DNA from: Desulfosudaceae bacterium
GTDB taxonomy: Bacteria > Desulfobacterota > Desulfobacteria > Desulfobacterales > Desulfosudaceae
Assembly (NCBI GenBank): GCA_963674745.2
Contig: CAXXDV010000003.1
Span: 96,001-160,000, forward strand
Direction of reading: 5' to 3'
Length of the DNA: 64,000 bases
Position numbers and translations under genes: made by a program. Positions 36,361 through 45,806 of this stretch are shown in pieces. Every line of letters starts with the position of its first letter. Position 1 is the stretch's first letter. The notes under the pieces were generated by a model, which was not told the origin of the DNA, searched no databases, and saw only the letters and a program-made list of their open reading frames with translations.

Positions 36361-37950
36361 TCAAAACGGTACCACATTTTCAGCGTCAGGTGAAAATACG
36401 TCTTTGAGCAGCCGTGCCAGGTGCTTCTCCGAACTGGACTTGGGTATTTCATCCACCAGCTGAAAATAGGAGGGGAAAGAGTTGGCCTCCAGCCCCTTGC
36501 GGCACAACTCACGAACACCGTCCAGGTCAACGGTGGCACCTTCAAAGGGCGTTACAGCCACCACGATGTCGCTTTCGCCGGGGGCGCCGGAGGCGGCTGG
36601 AATGCCGTAAACGCAGGCTTCCGAAACCGTTTCATGTTCACCCACGACCCGTTCCACAAAATCGGGTTGAACAAAATCGCCCTGCCGGCGAAGCCCCCCG
36701 CCTTTGCGGAAGTCAAAATAGAGATAACCTTTTTTATCCTTGTGGCAGATATCACCGCTGCGAAGCCAGCCGCCACGGGTTTTCTCACTGGATTCTTTCT
36801 TCTTTCCGAAATAATTCACCTGGGTAGGACCGAAAGTCATGCGGCTGATCAACTCGCCCCGTTCGCCCGCAGGCAATTCATTATCTTTTTCATCCACGAT
36901 TTTCATACGGTAGAGAATGGGGTTGGGCTTCCCGAAAGAACCGATGGGACCGCCTTTACCGGGCGGGTTATGGCACAGGCCGCCCTCAATGGCAGCGTAC
37001 CATTCATGAATCTGAACGTTAAAACGTTTTTCAAAATCCTGCCAGATGGCCTGGGGCGTGCCGGCACTGACCACCCGGCGCACGGGGTTGTCGGCGTCGT
37101 TTTCTTTGACCGGTTCATTGAAAATACCGGCCATCATGCCGCCCAACAGAGAAAAAGTGGTGCAGCCGTATTTGCGGCAGATGTCCCAGATGCGGCTCTT
37201 GGTGAATTTTTCACTGACCACGGCATGAATATTCGGGCGGGCCAGCGCCGGGAATACCGTTACCGCCTGGGCGTTGCCATGGGTCATGGACAGGCCGGTA
37301 TAGGGGATTTCATCGTTCTGGTATTTCCAGACCAGTTTATCCAGTAAAGCGTAATTTTTGAAACGGTCGGCCTTGAGAACGACACCCTTGGGATCACCGG
37401 TGGTCCCGGAAGTATGGATGATCTGGACGGGGCTCTTTTTTGAAAAGGGGAAGATTTTGTCCGGCAGATCGGGTGACGCCTGGGCCATTTCATCGGCCAG
37501 CGACGGCCATTCCTTGACAATGTCTATCTGGTGATGGTCTTTGTACAAGACTCCGGCGACCCGGGTATTCGTGATCTTATCTTCGATTTCCCGGATGCTT
37601 TGAATAAACTCATCACTGATCAACAGGGCTTTGGATTTGGTGTTGTTGATTTGAAAGGCCAGTTTTTCTCCCTTGGAACGCGGGTCGACCGGCACCGCGA
37701 TGGCACCGATGGAAAGGGCTGAAAACAGGGCGTAAAGAAACTCCGGATAATTCCGCATGATCATGGTAAACGTGTCACCCGGACCGATGCCGTTTTTAAG
37801 CAGCACATGGGAGAGCCGGTTGGTCTGTTCAAAAATATTTCCGTAAGTGACTTTTTCATCCGATCCATCGGAATTGACGAATATGTAAGCCAGTCGATCC
37901 GGATCGATCTTTTTGATTTTCATGCAACTGAATATGGGCAGTTTACGCAT
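36361..37950 (-). CDS. AMP-forming acyl-CoA ligase (CaiC-like)
   Basis: HTSGTTGDPKG, WYAAIEG, SGDIC. Confidence 0.88.
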   Translation of the reverse strand: MRKLPIFSCMKIKKIDPDRLAYIFVNSDGSDEKVTYGNIFEQTNRLSHVLLKNGIGPGDTFTMIMRNYPEFLYALFSALSIGAIAVPVDPRSKGEKLAFQINNTKSKALLISDEFIQSIREIEDKITNTRVAGVLYKDHHQIDIVKEWPSLADEMAQASPDLPDKIFPFSKKSPVQIIHTSGTTGDPKGVVLKADRFKNYALLDKLVWKYQNDEIPYTGLSMTHGNAQAVTVFPALARPNIHAVVSEKFTKSRIWDICRKYGCTTFSLLGGMMAGIFNEPVKENDADNPVRRVVSAGTPQAIWQDFEKRFNVQIHEWYAAIEGGLCHNPPGKGGPIGSFGKPNPILYRMKIVDEKDNELPAGERGELISRMTFGPTQVNYFGKKKESSEKTRGGWLRSGDICHKDKKGYLYFDFRKGGGLRRQGDFVQPDFVERVVGEHETVSEACVYGIPAASGAPGESDIVVAVTPFEGATVDLDGVRELCRKGLEANSFPSYFQLVDEIPKSSSEKHLARLLKDVFSPDAENVVPF

Positions 37951-38032
37951 GATCCCTCCTTATCCCGCGTAATAATTTCTGATAAAGGTTTAAGGCAACC
38001 CCGTGAACCCAAAATAAAGGGCCTGAGCTGAA

Positions 38033-39151
38033 CTATAATATCTCTTTTATAAGCCGGATTTTTTTCATGGGAAAATTGCCCAGAAAGGCCTGAATCTGGC
38101 CGGCGTCACGAAACCGTTTTTCCTGGCCGAAATCTTTCATGTATCCCACGCCGCCCATGGCCTGGATGCCGTCCGTTGCCAGGGCCGTTGCTGTTGAAAG
38201 TACATGCAGCGCGGCTGCCTGGACTTTTTGCGGCCAGTTTTTCTCCTTTTCCGTCATGGCCAGGCATGCCTGCGCCACCAGCATGTCAGCCACCTGCATC
38301 TGGATGGCCATGTTGGCCAGCAGCATCTGCATTTCAGACCAGTCCGCGATTTTTCTTCCGCCCTGGCTGCGTTGACGGCAGTAGCCCACGGCTTCATTAA
38401 AAGAGCCCTTCATGATGCCGCAGGACATGGCCGCGGCCACCAGTTGCATGGTTTCGGCCGTCTTTTCAAAATACGCGGCACCTTCACCGGTGTTGCCCAC
38501 CGGTTGACCGACAGCTTTATTCAGCTTGATATCAACTGCCGGACAGGCATGCAGGCCGTGACTCATGATGGGTTCGCCTCTGGTAACGGTTGCATCGGCA
38601 AGGCCTACCAGAAACCAGGTATAGCTGTTTTCCCCTTGAATCATGGCCGGAATCAGCGCCTGTGACGCCACACCGCCCATTACCAGATAATCCACCGATC
38701 CGGACAGGAGATAGCTTTCTCCTTCCTTGACAGCATCAGCAGCGAGGGGCACTTCCGAAGGATTGCATAAAACCGGGCAGGCGATTAAAAAGTCTTCCGG
38801 TGTTTTCTGGTCATCGGCAATTGTTTTGAGCAATCCCTCGGCACCGGCAGCCAGGATGATCTGTTGCGCGTAAGCGTTGGTGAAAATAATTCCGCCCAGG
38901 CTACTGTCTTCCTGGCAGATATTATCCAGAATCAGGCATAACGCTTCCAGCCCGTGGCCGACCCCGCCCAGTTCCTCGGGAAGGGTGATATGAAAGAAAT
39001 CAAGGTCGAATGCTTTTTCAATGATGTGGCTGAAAAACGGTCCAAACGGAAACTTGTCGGTCTCTTCCCGTTCCGGCGCCAGCATTTTTTTCGCGAATTC
39101 CCGGGACGCGTTGTCCAGAAGTTTCAGCTCTTTGTTATTCGCTGCGCTCAT
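38033..39151 (-). CDS. Acyl-CoA dehydrogenase-like protein lacking the C-terminal YEG motif
   Basis: LPEELGG, RSQGGRKI, GIQAMGGVGYMKDFGQEKRFRDA, followed by IQAFLG. Confidence 0.85.
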   Translation of the reverse strand: MSAANNKELKLLDNASREFAKKMLAPEREETDKFPFGPFFSHIIEKAFDLDFFHITLPEELGGVGHGLEALCLILDNICQEDSSLGGIIFTNAYAQQIILAAGAEGLLKTIADDQKTPEDFLIACPVLCNPSEVPLAADAVKEGESYLLSGSVDYLVMGGVASQALIPAMIQGENSYTWFLVGLADATVTRGEPIMSHGLHACPAVDIKLNKAVGQPVGNTGEGAAYFEKTAETMQLVAAAMSCGIMKGSFNEAVGYCRQRSQGGRKIADWSEMQMLLANMAIQMQVADMLVAQACLAMTEKEKNWPQKVQAAALHVLSTATALATDGIQAMGGVGYMKDFGQEKRFRDAGQIQAFLGNFPMKKIRLIKEIL

Positions 39152-39213
39152 GGTGAGCCTCCTATGGTGTCATCGTTATCAGGTGATGGTTTCTTATGTT
39201 TTTATTAAATTCT

Positions 39214-40725
39214 TTATATACTGTCTTCCGAGAAAACGGCTGAACCCGGACAATTCCTGGCAATCAACCGCTTAAACAGGTTGATGCGATTAACCTGGTT
39301 GGTGCCTTCGTAAATTTGAAGCAGCTTGGCGTCCCGTAACATTTTTTCAGCCCATTCGTTCTGTCGCACGCCGGCCTGCCCCATGAGCTCCAGCGCCATG
39401 CGGCAGTTGGTGACGCCGGCGTCGGTCCCGGCCACTTTGGCCAGGGAACCCCAGCCGTCTACGCGATCAATTTCAGCATCGGTTTGCATGTCAAAATTGA
39501 GCTTCCGCATCAACCAGGTGTTGAGCGGTTTGGAATTGAACCATTTGTTGAGACCGGCGAACAGACCGGCCGGCATGAACTTCAACATATAATAGGTGGG
39601 TTTGCTGTTTAACAGCTTCATCAGGCCGTGTAAACCATTGGCATAGTTGGCCTCGGAGTAAGCGATCCTGGCCAGGGCCACGTTTTTATACATTTCCGCC
39701 AGCATGCTCTGGCACCATTCATAGTCCACCATTTTCCGGCCTTCCAGTTGGTGCTCAGAGGCAAAACGCAGGGCGGTTTCAAAGGCGCCTCTGGCCGCGC
39801 CTGTGCCGAATGCGCCTACCCCCATACGGGAGGCGCCCCAGATATAGGCAAAAATCTGGGCGTTGGTGTCGTGACAGCATCGTTTGAGTTTGTCGATATG
39901 GGTATTGTCAATACAGACATTTTCATCCGGCACAAAGCAGTCACTGAAAATCAATTCACTGGCAATACTGCCTTTTTGTCCCATTTTCTTTTCGGTCTTA
40001 CCGAAGGAAAACCCTTTATCCCCTGTTTTTACGGCCAGCATGACGGTGTTCTCCGCGGCCCGATCCAGGTCCGTATAAGCGTGTACCAGGTGCCAGGTCG
40101 ACATATGGCCCATGGAGATGAAAATTTTAGTGCCGTTCAATACATACCCGCCGTCGACTTTTTTGGCGTGACAGCGAAGGTTGCCGGAATTCATGAACTC
40201 CACGTTTTGTGAATCCGTTCCGGCATCCGGTTCGGTCATGGCCAGCGAAAGCAGGCAGGGATTGCCGGTTTTTTCGCCCTCGACCACTTCCCGGAGAATA
40301 CGGTCCACGATTTTGATATTCCACGAGGAGGATATCTTGGTTACGCCCAGATAATGAACCCCGATAATGTTGGCGATGGCCAGGCAGCGGGAGGCAATCT
40401 CTTCCAGAAAGAATCCGATAGCGGACATGGAATAGCCTTTGCCACCGAAGAGTTTGGGCAGAAACAGGGTATAAAACCCCCATTCATTGGCTTTCTGCAC
40501 ATAATCCCAGGCCAGATGATCATGGTCCTCGTGCATTTTTCTGTCCAGCTCAAGCGCCCCGGGGATGGTAACTTCCTGGTTGAATTTTCTGGCAAGAGCA
40601 ATCAACATTCGGGTTTCTTTGATAATGCCTTTAGGCTGTTTTCCCGTCGCGTTGAGACTTAACATGATGTCATCAAAGGCAGGCTCCTTGTTTGTCCACA
40701 TCTTTATTTCTGACCGGGAAATCAT
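39214..40725 (-). CDS. Acyl-CoA dehydrogenase with internal insertion
   Basis: AMTEPDAGTD, LNGTKIFIS, KKMGQK, RDAKLLQIYEGTNQ. Confidence 0.9.
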   Translation of the reverse strand: MISRSEIKMWTNKEPAFDDIMLSLNATGKQPKGIIKETRMLIALARKFNQEVTIPGALELDRKMHEDHDHLAWDYVQKANEWGFYTLFLPKLFGGKGYSMSAIGFFLEEIASRCLAIANIIGVHYLGVTKISSSWNIKIVDRILREVVEGEKTGNPCLLSLAMTEPDAGTDSQNVEFMNSGNLRCHAKKVDGGYVLNGTKIFISMGHMSTWHLVHAYTDLDRAAENTVMLAVKTGDKGFSFGKTEKKMGQKGSIASELIFSDCFVPDENVCIDNTHIDKLKRCCHDTNAQIFAYIWGASRMGVGAFGTGAARGAFETALRFASEHQLEGRKMVDYEWCQSMLAEMYKNVALARIAYSEANYANGLHGLMKLLNSKPTYYMLKFMPAGLFAGLNKWFNSKPLNTWLMRKLNFDMQTDAEIDRVDGWGSLAKVAGTDAGVTNCRMALELMGQAGVRQNEWAEKMLRDAKLLQIYEGTNQVNRINLFKRLIARNCPGSAVFSEDSI

Positions 40726-40795
40726 TGTCTCCTCCTGGTCCGGACATGCCGGAAAAGATTAAAAAAGTTAATTGTTTAAAATACGTATATGCCGG

Positions 40796-41605
40796 TTAGA
40801 CCCCTTTAACCATCATCTCTGTTATGGCGTTTATCATTCGTTTAGGTGTGAAGCGGTTCATGACAAAGAAAAGGAACCACAGGTTGGGCTCTGGTATATA
40901 CACTGACTTTCCTTTGATAAATGCCTGAACGCCTTTTCCGGCAATGGTGGCGGGGTCGCTTTTTCCGGCAAAACGATAAAATCTTAATTTCTCGGGGAAA
41001 CCGTCACCTTTAAGCAACGGGGTATCCGTGTACCCGGGGTTAAGGGTAAATATTTTGACATGGGTACCTTTAAGCTCCTGTTGCACCGCCTCACTGAGAC
41101 TCTGGACAAACGCCTTGGTGGCACCGTAAACAGCATGACGGGGCGTGGGAACGAAAGCGGAAACGGAGACAACGTTAAAGATGTATCCGGAATCGCGCTT
41201 GACCATGTCGGGCAGAAAATAGTGCATCATCAACATATAGGCCCTTGCGTTCACGGCTAAGACCCTTTCATGGGCGGCTACGGAAGTCTCATGAAACTTC
41301 CCGAAGGAAATGGTGCCGGCATTATTTACCAGCACATCAATTTGGGGGGAGAGTCTCTTGACCCGGTTATATATATCGTCCGGACCTTCGGGGCCGGACA
41401 GATCACCGGTGAGCGTGGAGACATTGATGCGATAAGTGCTTTTCAGCTCTTCACCCCAGGCTTCCAGGGTTTCCTTTTCTGCTTCCAGGGCCACGATAAT
41501 CAGGTTGGCGCCTTCCGCGGCAAAACACCGTGACAGTTCCTTGCCGATACCCGAGGACCCCCCGGTGATAAAAACGGTTTTCCCCTTCAGGTTGATTATC
41601 GCCAT
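40796..41605 (-). CDS. Short-chain dehydrogenase/reductase
   Basis: TGGSSGIG, VNNAG, YGATK. Confidence 0.92.
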   Translation of the reverse strand: MAIINLKGKTVFITGGSSGIGKELSRCFAAEGANLIIVALEAEKETLEAWGEELKSTYRINVSTLTGDLSGPEGPDDIYNRVKRLSPQIDVLVNNAGTISFGKFHETSVAAHERVLAVNARAYMLMMHYFLPDMVKRDSGYIFNVVSVSAFVPTPRHAVYGATKAFVQSLSEAVQQELKGTHVKIFTLNPGYTDTPLLKGDGFPEKLRFYRFAGKSDPATIAGKGVQAFIKGKSVYIPEPNLWFLFFVMNRFTPKRMINAITEMMVKGV

Positions 41606-41640
41606 ATTTCTGTCCTTAATTATGATGCCTGTAACGAAAA

Positions 41641-42939
41641 CTACAGGTAATAGATTTTTGACATATCTCCTTCTTTGACAATCTTTCTGTCTTCAGGCAC
41701 TTCTACCAGAACATCGGCTTTGGCCATGGGACTGAAAACACCGGACCGCTGTTCGGGGATGATCCATACGGTCTGCCGGTTATTTTCGGTTTTCAATTGA
41801 CCTCTTAAAAATTTCCGCCGCCCCGGCTGCAGGATGATGCTGTTCTGAACCGTTGCTGTTCCGGTCTTAAGGCCCCACCGGTTTTTACCGGACATTTTGT
41901 CAATAACGGGTCTTACAAATAAGTAGAAATTATTAACCGAGGAGACCGGGTTGCCCGGCAGCCCGAATATCAGGGTATGGCCCATTGTGCCGAAAAAGAG
42001 GGGCTTGCCCGGTTTTACTTTTACACGCCAGAAAATTTCCCGGACCCCGGCCCTTTGCAGGGTTTCGTGTACAATATCATAATCACCGACCGAAACACCG
42101 CCGGATAACAGCAAAATGTCAAAATGACGTCCGTCGTTGAGGGTTTTTAACAGATCATCCGACTTGTCCTGTACCACGCCCAGAAAAGTCGTATCCGCGC
42201 CACTTTCGGTAGTCAGCCCGTAAAGTGAATAACCGTTGATATCATAAATCCGGCCCGGCCCGGCAACGTCTCCGGGGCTGACCAGCTCACTCCCGGTGGA
42301 TATAATACCAATTTTCGGCCGGCAGGAGACCTCGACTTCCGCGACCCCGCAACTGGCCAGTACGCCCATAAGAAGCGCCGTAACCGTAGTACCCGTCTCG
42401 GCGATGCGCTGACCCGGCAGAATGTCCTGTCCTTTGTGGATGATATAATGATTGTCACCGACGGAATCAAAAATCAGGACGGTAGCACGATCCTCGGAAA
42501 GCGTATTTTCGATTTTGATGATTGCGTCCGCGCCTTCCGGCACCGGTGCCCCGGTCATGATCCTGGCCGCCTGGCCGGTCTTGACGATTTTGTCGGACAT
42601 GCTGCCGGCGGGAATTTCATCGATTACGGTTAATGGGACGGGGTTTTCCTTTGTTGCCGATTGAACGTCGTCACTTTTAACGGCATATCCGTCCATAGTG
42701 GACTTGTTGAATGGCGGGATGGCAATATCGCTTTCCACATCCTGCCGCAGAATCCGTCCCAAACTGTCTGCCAGTGCTACTGCTTCAGTGGCGATCTTTT
42801 GATCAGGCACATTTTCAAGACAGAGCTCGAGCGCGTTTTCATAATCCACCAGGCGTCGTTCAAAAACCGGTGGGACTTTTCTTTTTTCTAGCCCACTCAA
42901 ATCTGGAATCTGCTCGCTCGTGTTGTGGCTAAGTGTCAT
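41641..42939 (-). CDS. moeA: Molybdopterin molybdotransferase
   Basis: STMDGYAV, IMTGAPVP, STGSEL, SGGVSVGDYD, KPGKP, GLPGNP. Confidence 0.95.
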   Translation of the reverse strand: MTLSHNTSEQIPDLSGLEKRKVPPVFERRLVDYENALELCLENVPDQKIATEAVALADSLGRILRQDVESDIAIPPFNKSTMDGYAVKSDDVQSATKENPVPLTVIDEIPAGSMSDKIVKTGQAARIMTGAPVPEGADAIIKIENTLSEDRATVLIFDSVGDNHYIIHKGQDILPGQRIAETGTTVTALLMGVLASCGVAEVEVSCRPKIGIISTGSELVSPGDVAGPGRIYDINGYSLYGLTTESGADTTFLGVVQDKSDDLLKTLNDGRHFDILLLSGGVSVGDYDIVHETLQRAGVREIFWRVKVKPGKPLFFGTMGHTLIFGLPGNPVSSVNNFYLFVRPVIDKMSGKNRWGLKTGTATVQNSIILQPGRRKFLRGQLKTENNRQTVWIIPEQRSGVFSPMAKADVLVEVPEDRKIVKEGDMSKIYYL

Positions 42940-42981
42940 TCGTTTTCCTGTTCGATCAACAATGTCGATATCAAGGGGTTT

Positions 42982-45645
42982 CTATTTTTCATCTTCAGCC
43001 TCGTAGAGCTCCTTACCTTTTTCCAATGCCTCATCTTTCGTAAACGCAATGGGTTTGTAGCCGGCAATCGACAGAGCGGGATCATCAAGGCCGTCATAAA
43101 TAAGTTTGCCTATCTGATTTTCGTCAGTTGTTTCCCAGTAACAGTTACGGGCGGTTATCTCTTCGACGGTTTTCGCGTTCTGGTTGAACAGTTGAACCCC
43201 GGAGTTCTGCCTGATGACATTGCCGCCAAAGGACATTTTTCCGTTCATGAACACGCCACCGGTATTGCCGGTGCCGGAGGCTGTATTGTCTTCAATAATA
43301 TTGCCGCAGAACTTTTTGTTGTGCATGCTGATGCCCCAGTAATTGAGGAAGGCGCCGCCGCCCATTTTTCCGTTTATGCTGTTGCCGGCAATGATATTGC
43401 CATAGATCGTGCTGTTGGCTTCGACAAAAAGGCCGCCGCCCTTTCGCGCCTGGTTGTCGTTAATCAGATTTTCGTTAATACGCGAGAAACTGGCAAAGAT
43501 TCCACCACCTTTTGCTTCAGTGTGATTGTTGACGATTTTATTGTCGACCACTGCCGTTCGTGATGTCCAGATACCACCACCATCACCCTGACTGGTGTTG
43601 TTTTCTATGACATTGTTCCGGATATCGACCGCCACGTTGGTAAGATAACCATAGGCGAAGATACCGCCTCCATCAGCTGCGGTATTACCGGTTAAGCGAT
43701 TGTCATGAATAAGAACGTTTTTGCTGCCATAAACGTAAATACCGCCGCCGTCTGTATCGCTGACATTGTTTTGAATGGTGCAACCCTTGATGGTCGCGAT
43801 TGACTCTTTGATACGGATGCCGGTACCGCTGTTGTTTTTTATAATGCAGTCAACCACGTCGGTACCGTAACCATCCATCAGCAGGCCGCTGCCGTTTTCA
43901 ATAATACAACAGCGTAGCATGTTCTCTGTCTTGGCCGTGACGGCCTGATCCGCGACGTCCAGGCTGCGGCTTTCAAAAAATATTCGGCCCCAGGGACGCT
44001 GACGGTCTCCGGTAAACCGGATCATTTCCGCTTTGTTCCCGACAGCCGTTAATTGCCCGCGAATTCTGATGGTGGCCCCTTCATCCAGATACAATTCACT
44101 CCCGGGAACGATATCCAGCCGGGCACCTTCCAGAATCAGCAGGTTTCCGATAACCTTATAACGTTTTGCCTCGTTCTGTCCCAGGGTTGTATCGGTCTCG
44201 ATCGTTCCCCGTATCATACCCGGTTCGAGGGTTTCGGCAGTTACGCCGGTTGTCAGCTTTTGGATGTCCAATACGGCGTATGCCTTTTCACTCGGCAGCC
44301 GGCGATAGGGCTTCCAGCTGACCAGCCCGACCTCCGAATCTTCCAGCCAGTCGTAAACCAGTTTTTCAATAACATTTTCGTCGTCGGTTCCCCAGTAATT
44401 ACCGGTTGCCTTCAAGTCCGGTGAAAGGCTGTGAGACAGGAATTCAAGGGCGTATCCGCTCGATGCAATGATGTTGTTATCTTCCAGTGAAGGATTGCCG
44501 GACAGCGTGATGGCGGAATTGATGCCGGGTTGCAGGCCTTTGTTGCCGATCACTGTATTGCCCCGGATAATACCATCGCCCAGATGATAAAGCCCGGTAC
44601 CGTTGTCGGCGGCATTGTTCTCCAGCAGATTGTATTCCAGTTCGCAATTTTCAGAGTAAACGCCGCCGCCGTGATGGGATTGGTTACCGGACACGACATT
44701 GTTTTTCAACACCGAGCTGATGGTGAAGATGCCGCCGCCGAAAAGTTCGGACCGGTTATTACGAACGGTATTGCCCGTTACTTCAGACGCAAAGGCGAAT
44801 ATGCCGCCTGCCTTACGATCGCTGATGTTGTTTCTGACAACGTTATTTTTCACCACCACTTTACCGTCATTATAGGCAAAGGCATAAATACCGCCGCCCC
44901 CGTCACGGCCGCCGTGGGAAAAATTATCATAAACCTCATTGTCTTCGATGCGGACAGAAGAATCCGTATAGACATTGATGCCGGCGCCGTTTCCGGTTTC
45001 CGTCTGGCGCTCGGTAGAATTGTTGTATATCTTGTTTCCGGCAATAATGCCTGAGGCATATTCAAACTTGATAGCAGTTGAAATATGTTCCCGGAAAATG
45101 CACCGGGATATTTCTGCCCCGCTGGAATTGACGTTTATCCCTTTTCCGTATTCGATGATACAGTGTTCAAGCACGACACGGGAGTTTTCAGAATGCGGGT
45201 TTGGAATACAGTTGTTAAACTCGACCGCTTCCCAGTGTTCGCCTTCCTTTTCATGCGTAAAAACAATCGGTTCTGCTTCAGTCCCTCTGGCGATGACGAT
45301 CCCCTGGCAGCGGAACATGTCATCTTTTTTCAATATGATTTTTACGCCAGGGTCGATGGTCAGGGTAACCCCGGGAAGCACCAGTATGTTACCGGTGGCA
45401 TAAAAGGGACTGTCCTTTTTTTTCCAGTGTGTGTCCTTATAAACCAACTGATCATAATGGGGAATTTTCGGTTTCTTAATTTTAACGTAAAGATTCACCC
45501 AGAAGGAGTTGGCCACTTCGGCATAATCTTCATAGTTGTTCAGGTTGGTGACCTTGCTGAGAGAACAGGCCGAAAAACAGCATGTTAAAAACAGAAGAAC
45601 AGCAAGACGGATCAGGGGATTAGCGGTTAAAGGATAGTTTTTCAT
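42982..45645 (-). CDS. Lipoprotein with two tandem right-handed beta-helix modules
   Basis: Lipobox FSAC, many N-x-x-x-GGGI repeats, visible internal duplication. RBS GGAGG before ATG 45645. Confidence 0.8.
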   Translation of the reverse strand: MKNYPLTANPLIRLAVLLFLTCCFSACSLSKVTNLNNYEDYAEVANSFWVNLYVKIKKPKIPHYDQLVYKDTHWKKKDSPFYATGNILVLPGVTLTIDPGVKIILKKDDMFRCQGIVIARGTEAEPIVFTHEKEGEHWEAVEFNNCIPNPHSENSRVVLEHCIIEYGKGINVNSSGAEISRCIFREHISTAIKFEYASGIIAGNKIYNNSTERQTETGNGAGINVYTDSSVRIEDNEVYDNFSHGGRDGGGGIYAFAYNDGKVVVKNNVVRNNISDRKAGGIFAFASEVTGNTVRNNRSELFGGGIFTISSVLKNNVVSGNQSHHGGGVYSENCELEYNLLENNAADNGTGLYHLGDGIIRGNTVIGNKGLQPGINSAITLSGNPSLEDNNIIASSGYALEFLSHSLSPDLKATGNYWGTDDENVIEKLVYDWLEDSEVGLVSWKPYRRLPSEKAYAVLDIQKLTTGVTAETLEPGMIRGTIETDTTLGQNEAKRYKVIGNLLILEGARLDIVPGSELYLDEGATIRIRGQLTAVGNKAEMIRFTGDRQRPWGRIFFESRSLDVADQAVTAKTENMLRCCIIENGSGLLMDGYGTDVVDCIIKNNSGTGIRIKESIATIKGCTIQNNVSDTDGGGIYVYGSKNVLIHDNRLTGNTAADGGGIFAYGYLTNVAVDIRNNVIENNTSQGDGGGIWTSRTAVVDNKIVNNHTEAKGGGIFASFSRINENLINDNQARKGGGLFVEANSTIYGNIIAGNSINGKMGGGAFLNYWGISMHNKKFCGNIIEDNTASGTGNTGGVFMNGKMSFGGNVIRQNSGVQLFNQNAKTVEEITARNCYWETTDENQIGKLIYDGLDDPALSIAGYKPIAFTKDEALEKGKELYEAEDEK

Positions 45646-45806
45646 GATAATATCCTCCTGAAAAGTCGATATAAACCGGATGACCGGGCAGGTGTTTCGG
45701 GCCCCCATCAGGCCTGATGGGTTTTAATCCGGTCAGGCCTGGCGGATTATCAGACCGTTTCCTGCGGATAACGGCCATCCTATATTTAACCAGTAATCCT
45801 ATTATA

